A stretch of DNA of 64,000 nucleotides from Candidatus Poribacteria bacterium (GTDB taxonomy: Bacteria; Poribacteria; WGA-4E; WGA-3G). The notes beneath the pieces were generated by a model. The model was given only the letters and a program-made list of their open reading frames with translations, searched no databases and was not told the DNA's origin. Below are positions 40,103-50,823 of this stretch, one piece after another. The DNA is taken from contig JAPPFM010000038.1 of assembly GCA_028821605.1 (NCBI GenBank), positions 12,837 to 76,836 of the forward strand, read 5' to 3'. Position 1 is the first letter of the stretch. Every line of letters starts with the position of its first letter. The translations under genes were made by a program, and so were the position numbers.

Positions 40103-42847
40103 ATGGAAAAAAATGATGTTGAACTGATTCACAGCATATTGTTAGGCGACGATCATGCTTTTAGTATTTTAGTTAAAAAATACCAAAAAAGTGTCCACGC
40201 CTTGGCATGGCGGAAAATCGGAGATTTCCATATCGCTGAAGAAATCACCCAAGACACATTCCTACAAGCACACAAGAAACTCGCTTCGTTGAAAAACCCG
40301 AGTCAGTTTGCCGGATGGCTTTATGTAATCACAGATCGGCTTTGTAGATCATGGTTACGGCAGCAGCACCTGAAAATGCAATCCTTGGAAACTACCAGTG
40401 AAGAAACACTTGAAGAAATCGATTACTCGAACTATGTCCGCGAACAACGTGAAGATACAGCAGTTGAGCATCGTCGTCGAATCGTGCAAGGGCTTATGGA
40501 AAAACTACCGGAAAGTGAACGGACGGTGATGGTCCTTTACTACCTCGGAGAAATGACTTGTGAAGAAATTAGCAGATTTTTAGGGGTGTCCTCGAACACA
40601 GTTAGAAGTCGACTTCACCGTGCGCGAGAACGATTAAAGAACGAAGAACCAATAATCCAAGAGACGCTTGGCAGCATCCCATTAAGTCCAAATCTCATCG
40701 AAAACATCATGCGGAACATTGATGCAATCAAGCAGGCATCTCCTTCAGGAGGTAAGCCGCTTGTACCGTTAGCGGCTTTAGGTTCATCTGTTATTTTGGT
40801 TATTTTGTTGATGGGTGCGAGCAATCAATTCATTGCACGTTCTCAGCAGCCTTATAGCCTTGATGCACAATCAGAACCTACGATTGAAATTGTTGATGCG
40901 TCAATTGTTCTTGATATTCAATCAAAACCCAATTTACAAAATCGGGTTGGGAACGATACGACACCCGGTAAAAACAGTAACAAAGGTCTACCAACAGGAA
41001 CTAAGTCTATGAAAAATAATACAGCACAAGAATCCACACAATGGAATCTACCAGAAGATGCTAAAGCACGCCTCGGTAAAGGTAAGATAAGTGAAATACA
41101 GTATTCTTCCGATGGGACACTTCTCGTTGTTGCGACCGGTATCGGTATTTGGATCTACGACACAACAACATACCAAGAAGTTGCCCTTCTTACAACACAT
41201 ACGAGTGCAGTCAAGTGCCTTGCGTTCAGTCCCGATGGAAACCTCCTTGCGAGTGCAGACAACGAGGGGACCATTCTATTGTGGCATAGAAGCACAGGCG
41301 CACAAAAAGTGCTCACCAGGGGTCTGAAATGGGTCTCAAACTTGGTGTTCAGTCCCGATGGAAAAACAATTGCCAGTGGAAGGGTCGGTACTATCCGATT
41401 TTGGGACACTATCACCGGAGAAGAAAAGGATGCGCTCACAGGACTTCCGGAAAATATCGGTGATTTATCATTTAGTCCCGATGGGAAAACAATTGTGAGT
41501 GTAACTTGGAGTGGCGAAATCTGTATATTGGATAGGATCACCGGTGAACCGCAGAAAACGTTCGCTGTGCCTATAACAGATAGTGTATTCAGCATAACCT
41601 TCAGTCCAGATAGAAACATAGTCGCTATTGGCAGCAGAGATGGTAACATCTACCTCTCAGATTTAAACACAGGTAAACTGATGCGAAAACTCACTGGCCA
41701 TTCGGTGGATGTTCAAAGGGTCGTATTTAGTCCGGATGGAAAAACGCTCGCAAGTTCATCATATATAGACGAAACGGTCCGTATTTGGGATGTCAGCACA
41801 GGCAAACCCAGACGAACACTCACTGAACACACAGGGGATATTGAAGGTTTAGCTTTCAGTCCGGATGGAAAAACACTTGTGAGTAGTGGAAGTGGCGATG
41901 GCACTATCCGTTTCTGGGATGTCCGCACGGGCAATCAAAAACACGCGGTTACTGGACATGCAGATTACGTTTATAGTGTTGCGTTCAATCCTGATGGAAA
42001 ATTTTTTGCAAGTGGGTATGCCGATGGCAGTATTCGTTTCTGGGATGCGGAAACCGGACTACACTTGAAAACATTCAAAAAAGGGTACGAGGCATCAGGT
42101 TTGGTATTTAGTGAAGATGGGAAAACGCTTGCTTATGCAGAGGGTTTAGACATCCGTCTCCAAGATGCAGGTACTGGCGAAGAAAAAATGCTGCTTACCG
42201 GACATGAGTGGGGTATGCATAGCATGGCACTCAGTCCAGATGGAGATATACTCGCGAGCGGGAGTGAGGACACAACCATCCGCCTATGGGACATGCACAC
42301 TGGTGCCCATAAGAAAACGCTCAACGGACATAAGCACAGAGTCTATAGTGTGGCGTTTAGTCCTGATGGTAAAACCCTCGCAAGTGGCAGCGATGACAAT
42401 ACGATCCGATTGTGGAATGTTGACACTGGTGAGACCGAGAGAATACTTACCGGACATGCCGGTGAGTTTGAAGGTGTCGATAACGGGCCATCCAGTGTCG
42501 AAGGTGTCAAGAGTGTGGCGTTTAGTCCTGATGGTAAAACCCTCGCAAGTGGCGGTGGTGATAACGTTATTCATCTATGGGATATAGGGACAGGTAAAAG
42601 AAAGATGACACTCGTTGGACATACACATTGGGTGTTCAGTCTGGCGTTCAGCCCTGATGGTGGAACCCTTGCAAGTGGCAGCGTAGACAACGACATCCGT
42701 CTATGGGATCCGCACACAGGTCAGCATAAGAAAACACTGACCGGTCATACTGCTTGGGTCAGAAGTATCGCGTTCAGTTCGGATGGGAAAACCCTTGTTA
42801 GCGGCAGTGATGATGGTTCCGTGCTTCTTTGGAAAATTGATCCGTAA
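40103..42847 (+). CDS. ECF sigma factor fused to a transmembrane helix and C-terminal WD40 beta-propeller repeats (ECF01-Gob-like architecture)
   Basis: N-terminal ~190 aa align by eye with the two ECF paralogs at 20861 and 22317. TM segment PLVPLAALGSSVILVILLMGA. At least 12 WD40 units (GH…SVAFSPDG…LASGS.D.TIRLWD). Confidence 0.85.
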   Translation: MEKNDVELIHSILLGDDHAFSILVKKYQKSVHALAWRKIGDFHIAEEITQDTFLQAHKKLASLKNPSQFAGWLYVITDRLCRSWLRQQHLKMQSLETTSEETLEEIDYSNYVREQREDTAVEHRRRIVQGLMEKLPESERTVMVLYYLGEMTCEEISRFLGVSSNTVRSRLHRARERLKNEEPIIQETLGSIPLSPNLIENIMRNIDAIKQASPSGGKPLVPLAALGSSVILVILLMGASNQFIARSQQPYSLDAQSEPTIEIVDASIVLDIQSKPNLQNRVGNDTTPGKNSNKGLPTGTKSMKNNTAQESTQWNLPEDAKARLGKGKISEIQYSSDGTLLVVATGIGIWIYDTTTYQEVALLTTHTSAVKCLAFSPDGNLLASADNEGTILLWHRSTGAQKVLTRGLKWVSNLVFSPDGKTIASGRVGTIRFWDTITGEEKDALTGLPENIGDLSFSPDGKTIVSVTWSGEICILDRITGEPQKTFAVPITDSVFSITFSPDRNIVAIGSRDGNIYLSDLNTGKLMRKLTGHSVDVQRVVFSPDGKTLASSSYIDETVRIWDVSTGKPRRTLTEHTGDIEGLAFSPDGKTLVSSGSGDGTIRFWDVRTGNQKHAVTGHADYVYSVAFNPDGKFFASGYADGSIRFWDAETGLHLKTFKKGYEASGLVFSEDGKTLAYAEGLDIRLQDAGTGEEKMLLTGHEWGMHSMALSPDGDILASGSEDTTIRLWDMHTGAHKKTLNGHKHRVYSVAFSPDGKTLASGSDDNTIRLWNVDTGETERILTGHAGEFEGVDNGPSSVEGVKSVAFSPDGKTLASGGGDNVIHLWDIGTGKRKMTLVGHTHWVFSLAFSPDGGTLASGSVDNDIRLWDPHTGQHKKTLTGHTAWVRSIAFSSDGKTLVSGSDDGSVLLWKIDP

Positions 42848-42884
42848 ATATTACGTGAGTTTGAAAATAAAAATTGAAGGGTCC

Positions 42885-43113
42885 TGTAGGTTGGGTTGAA
42901 CGGAGATCTCCTAAAATTGCACACAGCACAGTTTTCAGGAGCAGAGAAACCTGAAATCACCAAAAACCGAGTGAAACCCAACGCATTATGATACCGACAC
43001 CGTTTGGGATGTTGGGTTTCGCTACACTTATCTACCGGAAGGGTTCATTGGAAACCGGAACGCTGTGTATAGTGAAAATGTGCTTGTGGCTTTACCGCTC
43101 AACCCAACCTACG
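42885..43113. mobile_element. MITE-like non-autonomous element (~230 bp) with ~18-bp terminal inverted repeats
   Basis: tgtaggttgggttgaacgga at the left end and its reverse complement ctcaacccaacctac at the right end; internal gtgaaacccaac / gttgggtttcgc inverted pair; no ORF; partial copies elsewhere in the window. Confidence 0.5.
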
Positions 43114-43218
43114 TCCATATTCGTATCTTATTCTTCAACCCACGTTTAATTATCAAACTCACGTTAAATATTACTATTTTCACGGTGGACAATCTCTATT
43201 TATGGTGGAAATAAAAAA

Positions 43219-45132
43219 TTATCCGGGCAATGCCCCTTGATAATTTACGCCAGTAAACATCCCGATTACCATCCAAAGCCCGACGATGCCAAACTCACCA
43301 ATAATAAAGCCCATAAATATCGGACGGAACCTTCGATAGTATCCGATACCGCCTGATTTCAGTGCTAAATATTTCAAGAACCAGCCGACGAACATACAGG
43401 ACCAAAGGAAATAGGAGGAGTAGACCGCACCCATCACGTATCCAATGGGGTGGAGGTGCCACCACATAAATTGGCGCTGCATAATCAGTAGGAAGCCGGT
43501 GATGCCGGCTCCCAAAATCATACTGTACGCCTCCCCTAATTTCGGGTCTTTCGGATACTGAATGAGGGAAACCATGTGATTGAAGTATCTCGGTGAGCCG
43601 ATGAAGGGACCCCTTTGTAGATTCAAGCCGCCTTTTTCATAAATCAGGGGCAACGATGCAGCATAGGAAACACCGATAGCCACAACAATAGCAAGTACCA
43701 TCGCGCCGAGGATGCTCCTTCGACTTAATCGAACTGGGTCTGCCGCTTTGAATCCGTGCAGCACGCTCGGCATCAAGATACCGCCCCAGTCGCGCATCAT
43801 TACCCGCTGAAATCCCAGAAGTGCCAAACTGTTTGCGTCAACGATTCTTGAACCGGCAATAATCTCAAAGTATTCTACAGGGTACATCGGTGCTTGAATC
43901 AGCAGCATTCCTCCGTTGACCACCATCCACGACAACGCCGTAGAAGCAATCAGAAACAGTACGATAATACTACACGCAATCCAAAACGACATCCCCGCAT
44001 AGACACAGAGTCCCACCAGCAGTAAAAAACTGAAAATCGTCCCAAGAACCGCCCATCTATACGGTAACACCTCATCTGAATCGTCAATCGTTGTGGAGGC
44101 AACGGACTCCAGAAACGTTCGTTTCAAAAGGTCCTTTATGTGAGAACGACTGTTAAGCAGAAACGCGAGAACCATAACGACATAAGCAGCCATTGTCTGT
44201 CCTCTGGCGGAGATCCACGGACTGATAGGAATTGCAAAAGCGTTGATAATTATGTATTGGAGTTTGAAGAATAGGAAGAAGAACCAGCAACTAAACGATA
44301 CCTCCATAGCAAGGAAGTATGTTATACCAATAACGGAAAAATAGAGGAAGAACCGGAATTGGGGCCACCAACCCATCACAATCCACGGACGTTCCGTGAA
44401 TGGGGTGTACAGGTCATACCGATTCGGAATGCGTGGGAGTGCAGGGACATACTCGTGCAGTCCGTTGAGTAGATGAAAAAAAGCAGCGATTCCAAAACCT
44501 ACCCAGACGAGTCGATTCCTGAACAAACTGTTCAGCCCAGCGTGCATTGAGGTTTGTTGAACCATCTCTACAGGAATAGTAACGAGTGGAAATATAAACC
44601 GTTCGCGTTCGACCCACTGTTTCCGCAACACAATTGAGACACAGATTGTCAGAGCATAGAGTAACAGGATGAAAACTGTCCAGACAAAAAGCGGCTTTAC
44701 CCAGAGTGCCCAAGGGACAAACGATTCCCCTTCATAGAAATCGGTAACGGCGCGCGTATCCCACACAATTAACCATTCAGGAAAGTATGGATGAAGCGTT
44801 TCAGCCCATTCGTTTTCAGGTGTAGCGAAATAAACCGGTGCCGCCAGATACGGAAGTAAATACCCGATCATCCCTTTCGATGGAATTGCTGAGCTGACTC
44901 CCATCATCACCCACACCACAATTAACTCGCCCGGATTTAGTACCGCCCGCGGAAATGTCTTTTTTAAAATGGGGTTGACGATTAAGGTGAGAAAAATCAG
45001 TGTAAACACCGCCCCTAAAGGGAAATGATTACCGGAGATGTCTGTTCCTTGGAGGTAGTAGTCATTATACGGAGTAATCGCTGTTTGTAAAATGACGAGT
45101 GCCAAACCAATTAGAAAAGCCCTCACGCTCAT
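43219..45132 (-). CDS. Polytopic integral membrane protein (≥12 TM helices), unknown function
   Basis: Continuous alternation of hydrophobic ~20-aa segments; no soluble catalytic motif seen. Confidence 0.5.
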   Translation of the reverse strand: MSVRAFLIGLALVILQTAITPYNDYYLQGTDISGNHFPLGAVFTLIFLTLIVNPILKKTFPRAVLNPGELIVVWVMMGVSSAIPSKGMIGYLLPYLAAPVYFATPENEWAETLHPYFPEWLIVWDTRAVTDFYEGESFVPWALWVKPLFVWTVFILLLYALTICVSIVLRKQWVERERFIFPLVTIPVEMVQQTSMHAGLNSLFRNRLVWVGFGIAAFFHLLNGLHEYVPALPRIPNRYDLYTPFTERPWIVMGWWPQFRFFLYFSVIGITYFLAMEVSFSCWFFFLFFKLQYIIINAFAIPISPWISARGQTMAAYVVMVLAFLLNSRSHIKDLLKRTFLESVASTTIDDSDEVLPYRWAVLGTIFSFLLLVGLCVYAGMSFWIACSIIVLFLIASTALSWMVVNGGMLLIQAPMYPVEYFEIIAGSRIVDANSLALLGFQRVMMRDWGGILMPSVLHGFKAADPVRLSRRSILGAMVLAIVVAIGVSYAASLPLIYEKGGLNLQRGPFIGSPRYFNHMVSLIQYPKDPKLGEAYSMILGAGITGFLLIMQRQFMWWHLHPIGYVMGAVYSSYFLWSCMFVGWFLKYLALKSGGIGYYRRFRPIFMGFIIGEFGIVGLWMVIGMFTGVNYQGALPG

Positions 45133-45382
45133 CTATTCCACCTCGTTTCCCTTCTGGCAGCTAAGAATTCTTGCGAATCATTCTATCAAATCTTTCCTTT
45201 TCGCTTAAGGAAAATCTTGAGAGGATGCCAAGATAACCTACTTGACACCAGTCATTTCTCATAAACTTGGAGTTACGCTCACCCAAAAGGCGATGTCAGA
45301 AAAGACCCATGAACTGTTCGTCGCACGTGAAGTCCTGTAAGCGTTTGCTGTTTCAATGACTCTTTTTTACTATAAAATTACC

Positions 45383-45412
45383 TTGAAAATTTTCTAAGTG
45401 GTGTGGTATAAT
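45383..45412 (+). promoter_or_regulatory. sigma70 promoter with extended -10 (TTGAAA-N18-TGgTATAAT) upstream of proA
   Basis: Read directly; ~55 nt upstream of the proA ATG. Confidence 0.5.
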
Positions 45413-45469
45413 ACTAATGCTATTTCCACCTAATAATTTATCCATAACATGGTCTTTTAAAGGAATACT

Positions 45470-46732
45470 ATGAATAGAAACATTCAAAAACTGATCCAAT
45501 CACAGGCGCGAAAGGCGAAATCGGCGATGCGGGTTTTATCGCGAAGCTCCGTCGATGTCCGAAATCATGCCCTCTTAGCGATGGCTGAGAGTCTACAGAA
45601 TTCCAAAGATGAAATTCAGGCGGCAAATCGCATTGATCTCGAAAATAGCGAAAAGACTGAAGTTCCTGCCCCTCTCATGCAACGCCTCTTGTTAGATGAC
45701 AAGAAAATCGAACGGATGGTAGATAATCTCCGCCAAGTCGCGGCACTTCCCGATCCGATTGGTGCGGTCATCAGTATGGGCGAGCGTCCCAACGGACTTA
45801 AAATCGGCACAGTCCGCGTGCCTATTGGTGTTGTCGGTGTCGTTTACGAATCGAGGCCCGATGTGACTGTTGAGGTGTCTGCACTCTGCATCAAATCTGG
45901 AAACGGTGTTATCCTCCGGGGCGGCTCCGAAGCAATTAACTCCAACGCGACACTCGCGAATATCCTCAGTGATACAGCTGCCGCAGAAGGCGTTCCTGAT
46001 GCCATCCAGTTTGTTAACACAATTGATCGACAGGCAGTTTACGAACTTATCCGTCTACCAGAATACGTTGATCTTGTCATTCCACGGGGTAGTAATGAAT
46101 TCGTCCAGCTTTTGATGAAGGAGTCCGCTGTCCCTGTTTTAGGGCACGCCGACGGCATCTGTCATATTTATGTTGATGAAGCCGCCGACCTCAATATGGC
46201 AACCAAGATTTGCATGAATGCAAAGGTTGGCTACAAGGTTGCGGTCTGCAACGCTGTAGAGACACTCCTTGTCCATAGCGATGCTGCTGAGAAATTCCTT
46301 CCTACTTTCTGTGATAAGTTGCAGGGCGCGGATGTTGAAATCCGTGGATGTGAACGGACACAGCAAATCTATCCGGCCACCAAACCAGCTACCGAGGAAG
46401 ATTGGCGCACAGAATACCTCGACTACATCCTATCTATTCGCGTGGTGGACAATATGGACGCGGCAATTGAACACATAGAAGCGTATGGTTCACATCACTC
46501 AGATGCGATTATCACCGAAAGTTATAGTGCCTCGCAGCGTTTCCTCAAAGAGGTGGATTCGGCGGCAGTCTATGTCAACGCCAGCACCGTCTTTACCGAC
46601 GGTTATGAGTTTGGATTGGGTGCCGAGGTCGGAATTAGCACACAGAAACTCCATTCCCGCGGTCCAATGGGACTTGAAGGATTGACGACCTACAAATATG
46701 TTGTCTATGGAGACGGTCAGGTGCGTGAGTAA
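45470..46732 (+). CDS. proA: Gamma-glutamyl phosphate reductase (glutamate-5-semialdehyde dehydrogenase)
   Basis: Characteristic blocks VPIGVVGVVYESRPDVT, ALCIKSGNGVILRGGSEA and the catalytic Cys region (AVCNAVETLLVH). Confidence 0.9.
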   Translation: MNRNIQKLIQSQARKAKSAMRVLSRSSVDVRNHALLAMAESLQNSKDEIQAANRIDLENSEKTEVPAPLMQRLLLDDKKIERMVDNLRQVAALPDPIGAVISMGERPNGLKIGTVRVPIGVVGVVYESRPDVTVEVSALCIKSGNGVILRGGSEAINSNATLANILSDTAAAEGVPDAIQFVNTIDRQAVYELIRLPEYVDLVIPRGSNEFVQLLMKESAVPVLGHADGICHIYVDEAADLNMATKICMNAKVGYKVAVCNAVETLLVHSDAAEKFLPTFCDKLQGADVEIRGCERTQQIYPATKPATEEDWRTEYLDYILSIRVVDNMDAAIEHIEAYGSHHSDAIITESYSASQRFLKEVDSAAVYVNASTVFTDGYEFGLGAEVGISTQKLHSRGPMGLEGLTTYKYVVYGDGQVRE

Positions 46733-46742
46733 GGCATGATCG

Positions 46743-48092
46743 TTGCTCTACTCGAATAACGCCTCCCAAACAGAACCTTCTATTCTCAAAAATGTCCTGC
46801 TTATTACACCCCTCAGCCTGATCGGGCATGCCGGTACATTTCTCATCTACGTCATGCTCGCCAATTGGTTTGGCGACCCCCCGGAGATGGATTTCATCTA
46901 TTACTATTGGGGTATCGCTGGATTTCTGATTCAGCTGCTCAGCAGTGCGTCCGCTTATTCCGTCCTTGTTCCCCTATTAGCCGAAGCCCGTGCGAAAGGA
47001 GAAACTGAAGCGCAGCACTGTGTACAATCCATTTTTTCCCACTATATTACAGTCATACCGTGGCTCTCCTGTCTCCTTGTTGCTATTTCGTGGGCAATCT
47101 CCCAACTTTTTTTTCCAAATGCTGGACTCGCACCCATTACCACAATTGGTATCGTGTGTGGGTTCCTCTGCTTCGCTATTATTGCATCAATCCGCTGGAT
47201 GCTCAAGGCGATATTAGACACCTATCAAGTATTTCAACTCCCTGTTATTGTGCAAGGACTTTGTGCTGTACTTGTCATCGGGATTATCTATCTCTGTAAG
47301 CCGTCCCTAACTTGGTTCAGTATACCGCTTGCCCTGATTCTCGGTGAACTTTTCCAAGTGATTGTTTTGTTCCCAAAATGCTGTGCTATCCTGAACCTAC
47401 AAGTACACCACCTGAAACTGGATTTACGGGCGACATCTTACACCCAACAATTCCGCCATCAATGCCTACTTATGATGGGGGCAGCGATTGCCGACGGGTT
47501 AAACCCCGTCATTGATAGAGGGATGGCAAGCACATTAGGTGCAAGTTCCGTCTCAAAACTTGATTACGCACTCCGCTTGTGCGCAATCCCTGAAAGGCTC
47601 ACAGGTGGAGCACTCCCCGTTCTACTTTCGCATTGGGCAAAGATATTTTCATCTGAGTCACAAGGCGAAAATAGCACAACCACCAACGGAACGCAACTAC
47701 AACGAAGTGTCTGGCAAGGTGTTATTGTACTACTGATACTGATGGTGCCCTTCTTAATGGGTTTTTATTTTTTTCGGGAGAACATCGTCTGGGTTTTGTA
47801 TGGACACGGCAAATTGTCTAAGGCGGGGCAGTTCCATATTGCTTCGTTGCTTGGTATCTATCTATTGGGGATGCTGCCGCGTTTAATCAGCAGGCTGCTA
47901 ATTCGCGCGCATCTGGCACGTCAAGCGCATAGAACCGTTTTCATAGCGACTCTCATCAGGCTTATCCTGAACCCCTTTCTCAATTGGATTTTCAGGCAAT
48001 ATTGGGGGTTGGAGGGCATCGCGTGGTCAACAGCGTTGTTGTCTTATCCGATTTTTGCGTATATTGCGATTACGTTTTGGCAGCGGAGATAA
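46743..48092 (+). CDS. MOP-superfamily flippase (MurJ/MviN-like or polysaccharide-unit flippase)
   Basis: ≥12 TM helices, N-terminal conserved pattern similar to MurJ. Start uncertain (TTG at 46743; no in-frame ATG near). Confidence 0.5.
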   Translation: MLYSNNASQTEPSILKNVLLITPLSLIGHAGTFLIYVMLANWFGDPPEMDFIYYYWGIAGFLIQLLSSASAYSVLVPLLAEARAKGETEAQHCVQSIFSHYITVIPWLSCLLVAISWAISQLFFPNAGLAPITTIGIVCGFLCFAIIASIRWMLKAILDTYQVFQLPVIVQGLCAVLVIGIIYLCKPSLTWFSIPLALILGELFQVIVLFPKCCAILNLQVHHLKLDLRATSYTQQFRHQCLLMMGAAIADGLNPVIDRGMASTLGASSVSKLDYALRLCAIPERLTGGALPVLLSHWAKIFSSESQGENSTTTNGTQLQRSVWQGVIVLLILMVPFLMGFYFFRENIVWVLYGHGKLSKAGQFHIASLLGIYLLGMLPRLISRLLIRAHLARQAHRTVFIATLIRLILNPFLNWIFRQYWGLEGIAWSTALLSYPIFAYIAITFWQRR

Positions 48093-48268
48093 GCGAGCTG
48101 AATTTCAGCGAAATCCTCCTAATAATTTGACGTAAGACCTCTCACACTAAGTGTCTCCATTCTGTGCATACGAGTAATCCCATCTACACTTCAACACCAC
48201 AAAATGAAACCCAACATCCGTACGAATCGTTTAGTATGCAGGTATTGGGTTTTATAAGGAATACTATT

Positions 48269-48520
48269 ATGGAAAAAATAAAATTAAAAATTAGTGATAG
48301 GTCTTGTCAACATTGCGTCAAAACAGGGATAGATGCATTGACAGAGCTTGAAGGTATTCAGCGTGCGGAGGTGGATCCGCGCAAAGGCGAGGCAGTTGTA
48401 CATTTCGATCCCTTACGCATCACGACTGCCAACGTCATGAAGGTGGTATCGAAAATAGGTTTTGAAGCAGTGGGAAAACCGGATCTTTATCGTTACGGAA
48501 AAAATAAACGGGTCGTATAG
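48269..48520 (+). CDS. Heavy-metal-associated (HMA) domain metallochaperone (CopZ-like)
   Basis: βαββαβ-length protein with CQHC metal-binding pair near the N-terminus; start moved to the internal ATG. Confidence 0.6.
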   Translation: MEKIKLKISDRSCQHCVKTGIDALTELEGIQRAEVDPRKGEAVVHFDPLRITTANVMKVVSKIGFEAVGKPDLYRYGKNKRVV

Positions 48521-48553
48521 AAAAGTCAAAGGCACAGGCTTGCCCAATAGGTG

Positions 48554-49270
48554 CTAAATTTTAGCGAAACGTTCTGGGTAATTTGAGGTAATGCCTTGGA
48601 CACCGAATTCCTTCATTTCGCGCATGCGAGGGATGTCATCTACAGTCCAACACCATAGGGCAATACCGCGACGACGAACTTCATAAGCGAATTCGGCTGT
48701 AATCAGTTGATGATTGACATTTAGCAGACTGCTACCGAGCTCCCCTAATTGCTGGCACAGATGAATAGGAGACAGATGTTTATTGTGATTCCCAATGAGC
48801 CACCCTGTTGGGATACGGGGTTCTAATGTGCGAACGGTCCGTAAGACGCTGGTATGAAAAGAGATGATGACGGTGAGATCTAACGTATCTGTCTTATGAA
48901 TTTTTGCGACAACTGCTTCGGCTATCAGCGGATCTTTGATTTCTAGGACAGCAATTGTCTCCTGTGTGATGCATTCTAATGCCTCTTCAAGCGTCGGTAC
49001 CGGTTCACCTGCAAATTCAGCGGCAAACCATCCACCAGCATCAGCACGCTTAATCATTTCTAAAGTGGCTTGGTTGACGCTCGCACGGAGATTTGTTGTT
49101 CTATCGAAAGAAGAGTCGTGTATCACGACGACCTCGCCATCGGCGGTGCCGTGCAGATCAAGTTCAACCGCATCCACACCAATTTCGATTGCCTTCTTGA
49201 ATGCTACGAGTGTATTTTCCGGTGCGCTTCCTGATGCTCCACGGTGCGCAATCCGAATCCACGAACCCAT
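48554..49270 (-). CDS. Glycerophosphodiester phosphodiesterase (GDPD family)
   Basis: IAHRGASG…PENT…A…GVD.VELDLH..ADGEVVVIHD; start at the internal ATG to avoid overlap with the upstream gene. Confidence 0.85.
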   Translation of the reverse strand: MGSWIRIAHRGASGSAPENTLVAFKKAIEIGVDAVELDLHGTADGEVVVIHDSSFDRTTNLRASVNQATLEMIKRADAGGWFAAEFAGEPVPTLEEALECITQETIAVLEIKDPLIAEAVVAKIHKTDTLDLTVIISFHTSVLRTVRTLEPRIPTGWLIGNHNKHLSPIHLCQQLGELGSSLLNVNHQLITAEFAYEVRRRGIALWCWTVDDIPRMREMKEFGVQGITSNYPERFAKI

Positions 49271-49292
49271 GATGTCTTGTCTCCTGCCGGGC

Positions 49293-50726
49293 TTATTCAC
49301 TATCAGCACCACTACTCTGTTTAATCTTTTTTAAGAGTGTAGTCCGACTCATCCCAAGCAGCTCCGCTGTCTTGCTGTGATTGCCCGAAAATTCATCTAA
49401 CACCAGTTCAATGAGTGCCTTATCTAACAGCGCAATAACCTCCTCATAAAGGCCCCGTTTCTCTTGCGTGATAGCCTCTTTTGTAATGTCTTGTAAAAAG
49501 GATTTGAGGGCAGCTTCTAAGTATGAGGTGCCGGTAGGATCAATCTGGTGCCCTGTGCGGATTTCTGACGGTAAGTCGTCTGGAAGAACCACATCTGCGC
49601 GACAGAGCGTTGCTGCGCTTCGGATGGAATTCTCCAACTCCCGGACGTTGCCGGGCCATGAGTAGTCTTGCAGCAATTTCATCCCTTCTTCAGAGATACC
49701 GCGGATCGACTTACCGAGTTCTTCCTGTATGAGTTGCAAGAAATGTGTAACGAGTAACGGAATATCCTCTTGACGCTCCCGTAACGGCGGAAGATGGAGT
49801 GCTATACGTTTGAAACGATAGTAGAGATCCTCGCGAAACTGCCCTCGCTTCACCATTTCGCCAAGTTCCTGATTCGTGGCAGCGATAACTCGGACATCCA
49901 CTTTAAGCTGTCGGGTTCCGCCCAATCGCTCAATTTCTTGTGTTTGCAAAGCGCGGAGCAATTTCATCTGTGATGTTGGTGTCATATTACCAACTTCATC
50001 AAGGAAAAGCGTACCACCGTTAGCCAACTCAAATCGTCCGGGTTTCCCTTCCTTTTTCGCATCTGTGAACGCTCCGGCTTCGTAGCCAAATAGCTCACTC
50101 TCCAAGAGTTCATCTGGTAAGGCACCACAATCGACGGGAACGAATGGTGCGTCCTTCCGGGTACTACCTGTGTGAATTGCGCGTGCGACCAGATCTTTAC
50201 CTGTCCCCGTTTCGCCCTCAATTAGGACAGTCATCGTATTGCTTGCCATGATACCGATGAGTTTGTAGATTTCGCGCATCTGGCTGCTCTTTCCAACGAG
50301 TCGGGGACCGCTCTGCCCTGTTGGGGATTCATCTGCTGCTTCCACGGGCAAAGTGCTACGGACGGATTGTGTACGAAAGGCGCGCTCTAAAACGCTCTTG
50401 ACAATATCCAGATCAATCGGTTTCGGGACGAAATCGAACGCTTGTAGGCGCATTGCCTCTATTGTCGTTTCCACATCGTCGTAAGCCGTGATGATAATCA
50501 CAATTACCCACGGATGGTTGGCTTTAATTTCGCCTAACGCCTCCAGACCACTCATCCCCGGTAATTTCACATCGAGCAGAATAACATCTGGTTTGTCAGC
50601 TGCAATGCGACGCAAGCCTTCTTCAGCATTATTCGCAATGCTCGGACGATAGCCTTCGCTCTCCAGGAATTGCTCGAATGCCCAACAGATTTTTTCGTCG
50701 TCGTCAATTACCAATACATGTTTCAT
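49293..50726 (-). CDS. Sigma-54-dependent response regulator (NtrC family: receiver + AAA+ + HTH)
   Basis: Receiver D-box (VIDDDE…DVKLPGMSG), AAA+ GETGTGKDLVARAIH, GAFTDA and ESELFGYE motifs, C-terminal Fis-type HTH. Confidence 0.9.
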   Translation of the reverse strand: MKHVLVIDDDEKICWAFEQFLESEGYRPSIANNAEEGLRRIAADKPDVILLDVKLPGMSGLEALGEIKANHPWVIVIIITAYDDVETTIEAMRLQAFDFVPKPIDLDIVKSVLERAFRTQSVRSTLPVEAADESPTGQSGPRLVGKSSQMREIYKLIGIMASNTMTVLIEGETGTGKDLVARAIHTGSTRKDAPFVPVDCGALPDELLESELFGYEAGAFTDAKKEGKPGRFELANGGTLFLDEVGNMTPTSQMKLLRALQTQEIERLGGTRQLKVDVRVIAATNQELGEMVKRGQFREDLYYRFKRIALHLPPLRERQEDIPLLVTHFLQLIQEELGKSIRGISEEGMKLLQDYSWPGNVRELENSIRSAATLCRADVVLPDDLPSEIRTGHQIDPTGTSYLEAALKSFLQDITKEAITQEKRGLYEEVIALLDKALIELVLDEFSGNHSKTAELLGMSRTTLLKKIKQSSGADSE

Positions 50727-50823
50727 TTTTTTAATTGGGTGCTTCTTCTCATCGCTCCACTACGTTTTGCGGCGTACTCGCCCATAAGCGATCTGCTTCG
50801 CGATGGTCTTTGGTTAAGTCTAA

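Noticed and set aside
41155-42574. Several 60-160-aa antisense ORFs inside the ECF-WD40 gene
   Set aside because: They arise from the repetitive WD40 coding sequence on the opposite strand; the sense strand has a continuous motif-bearing frame.
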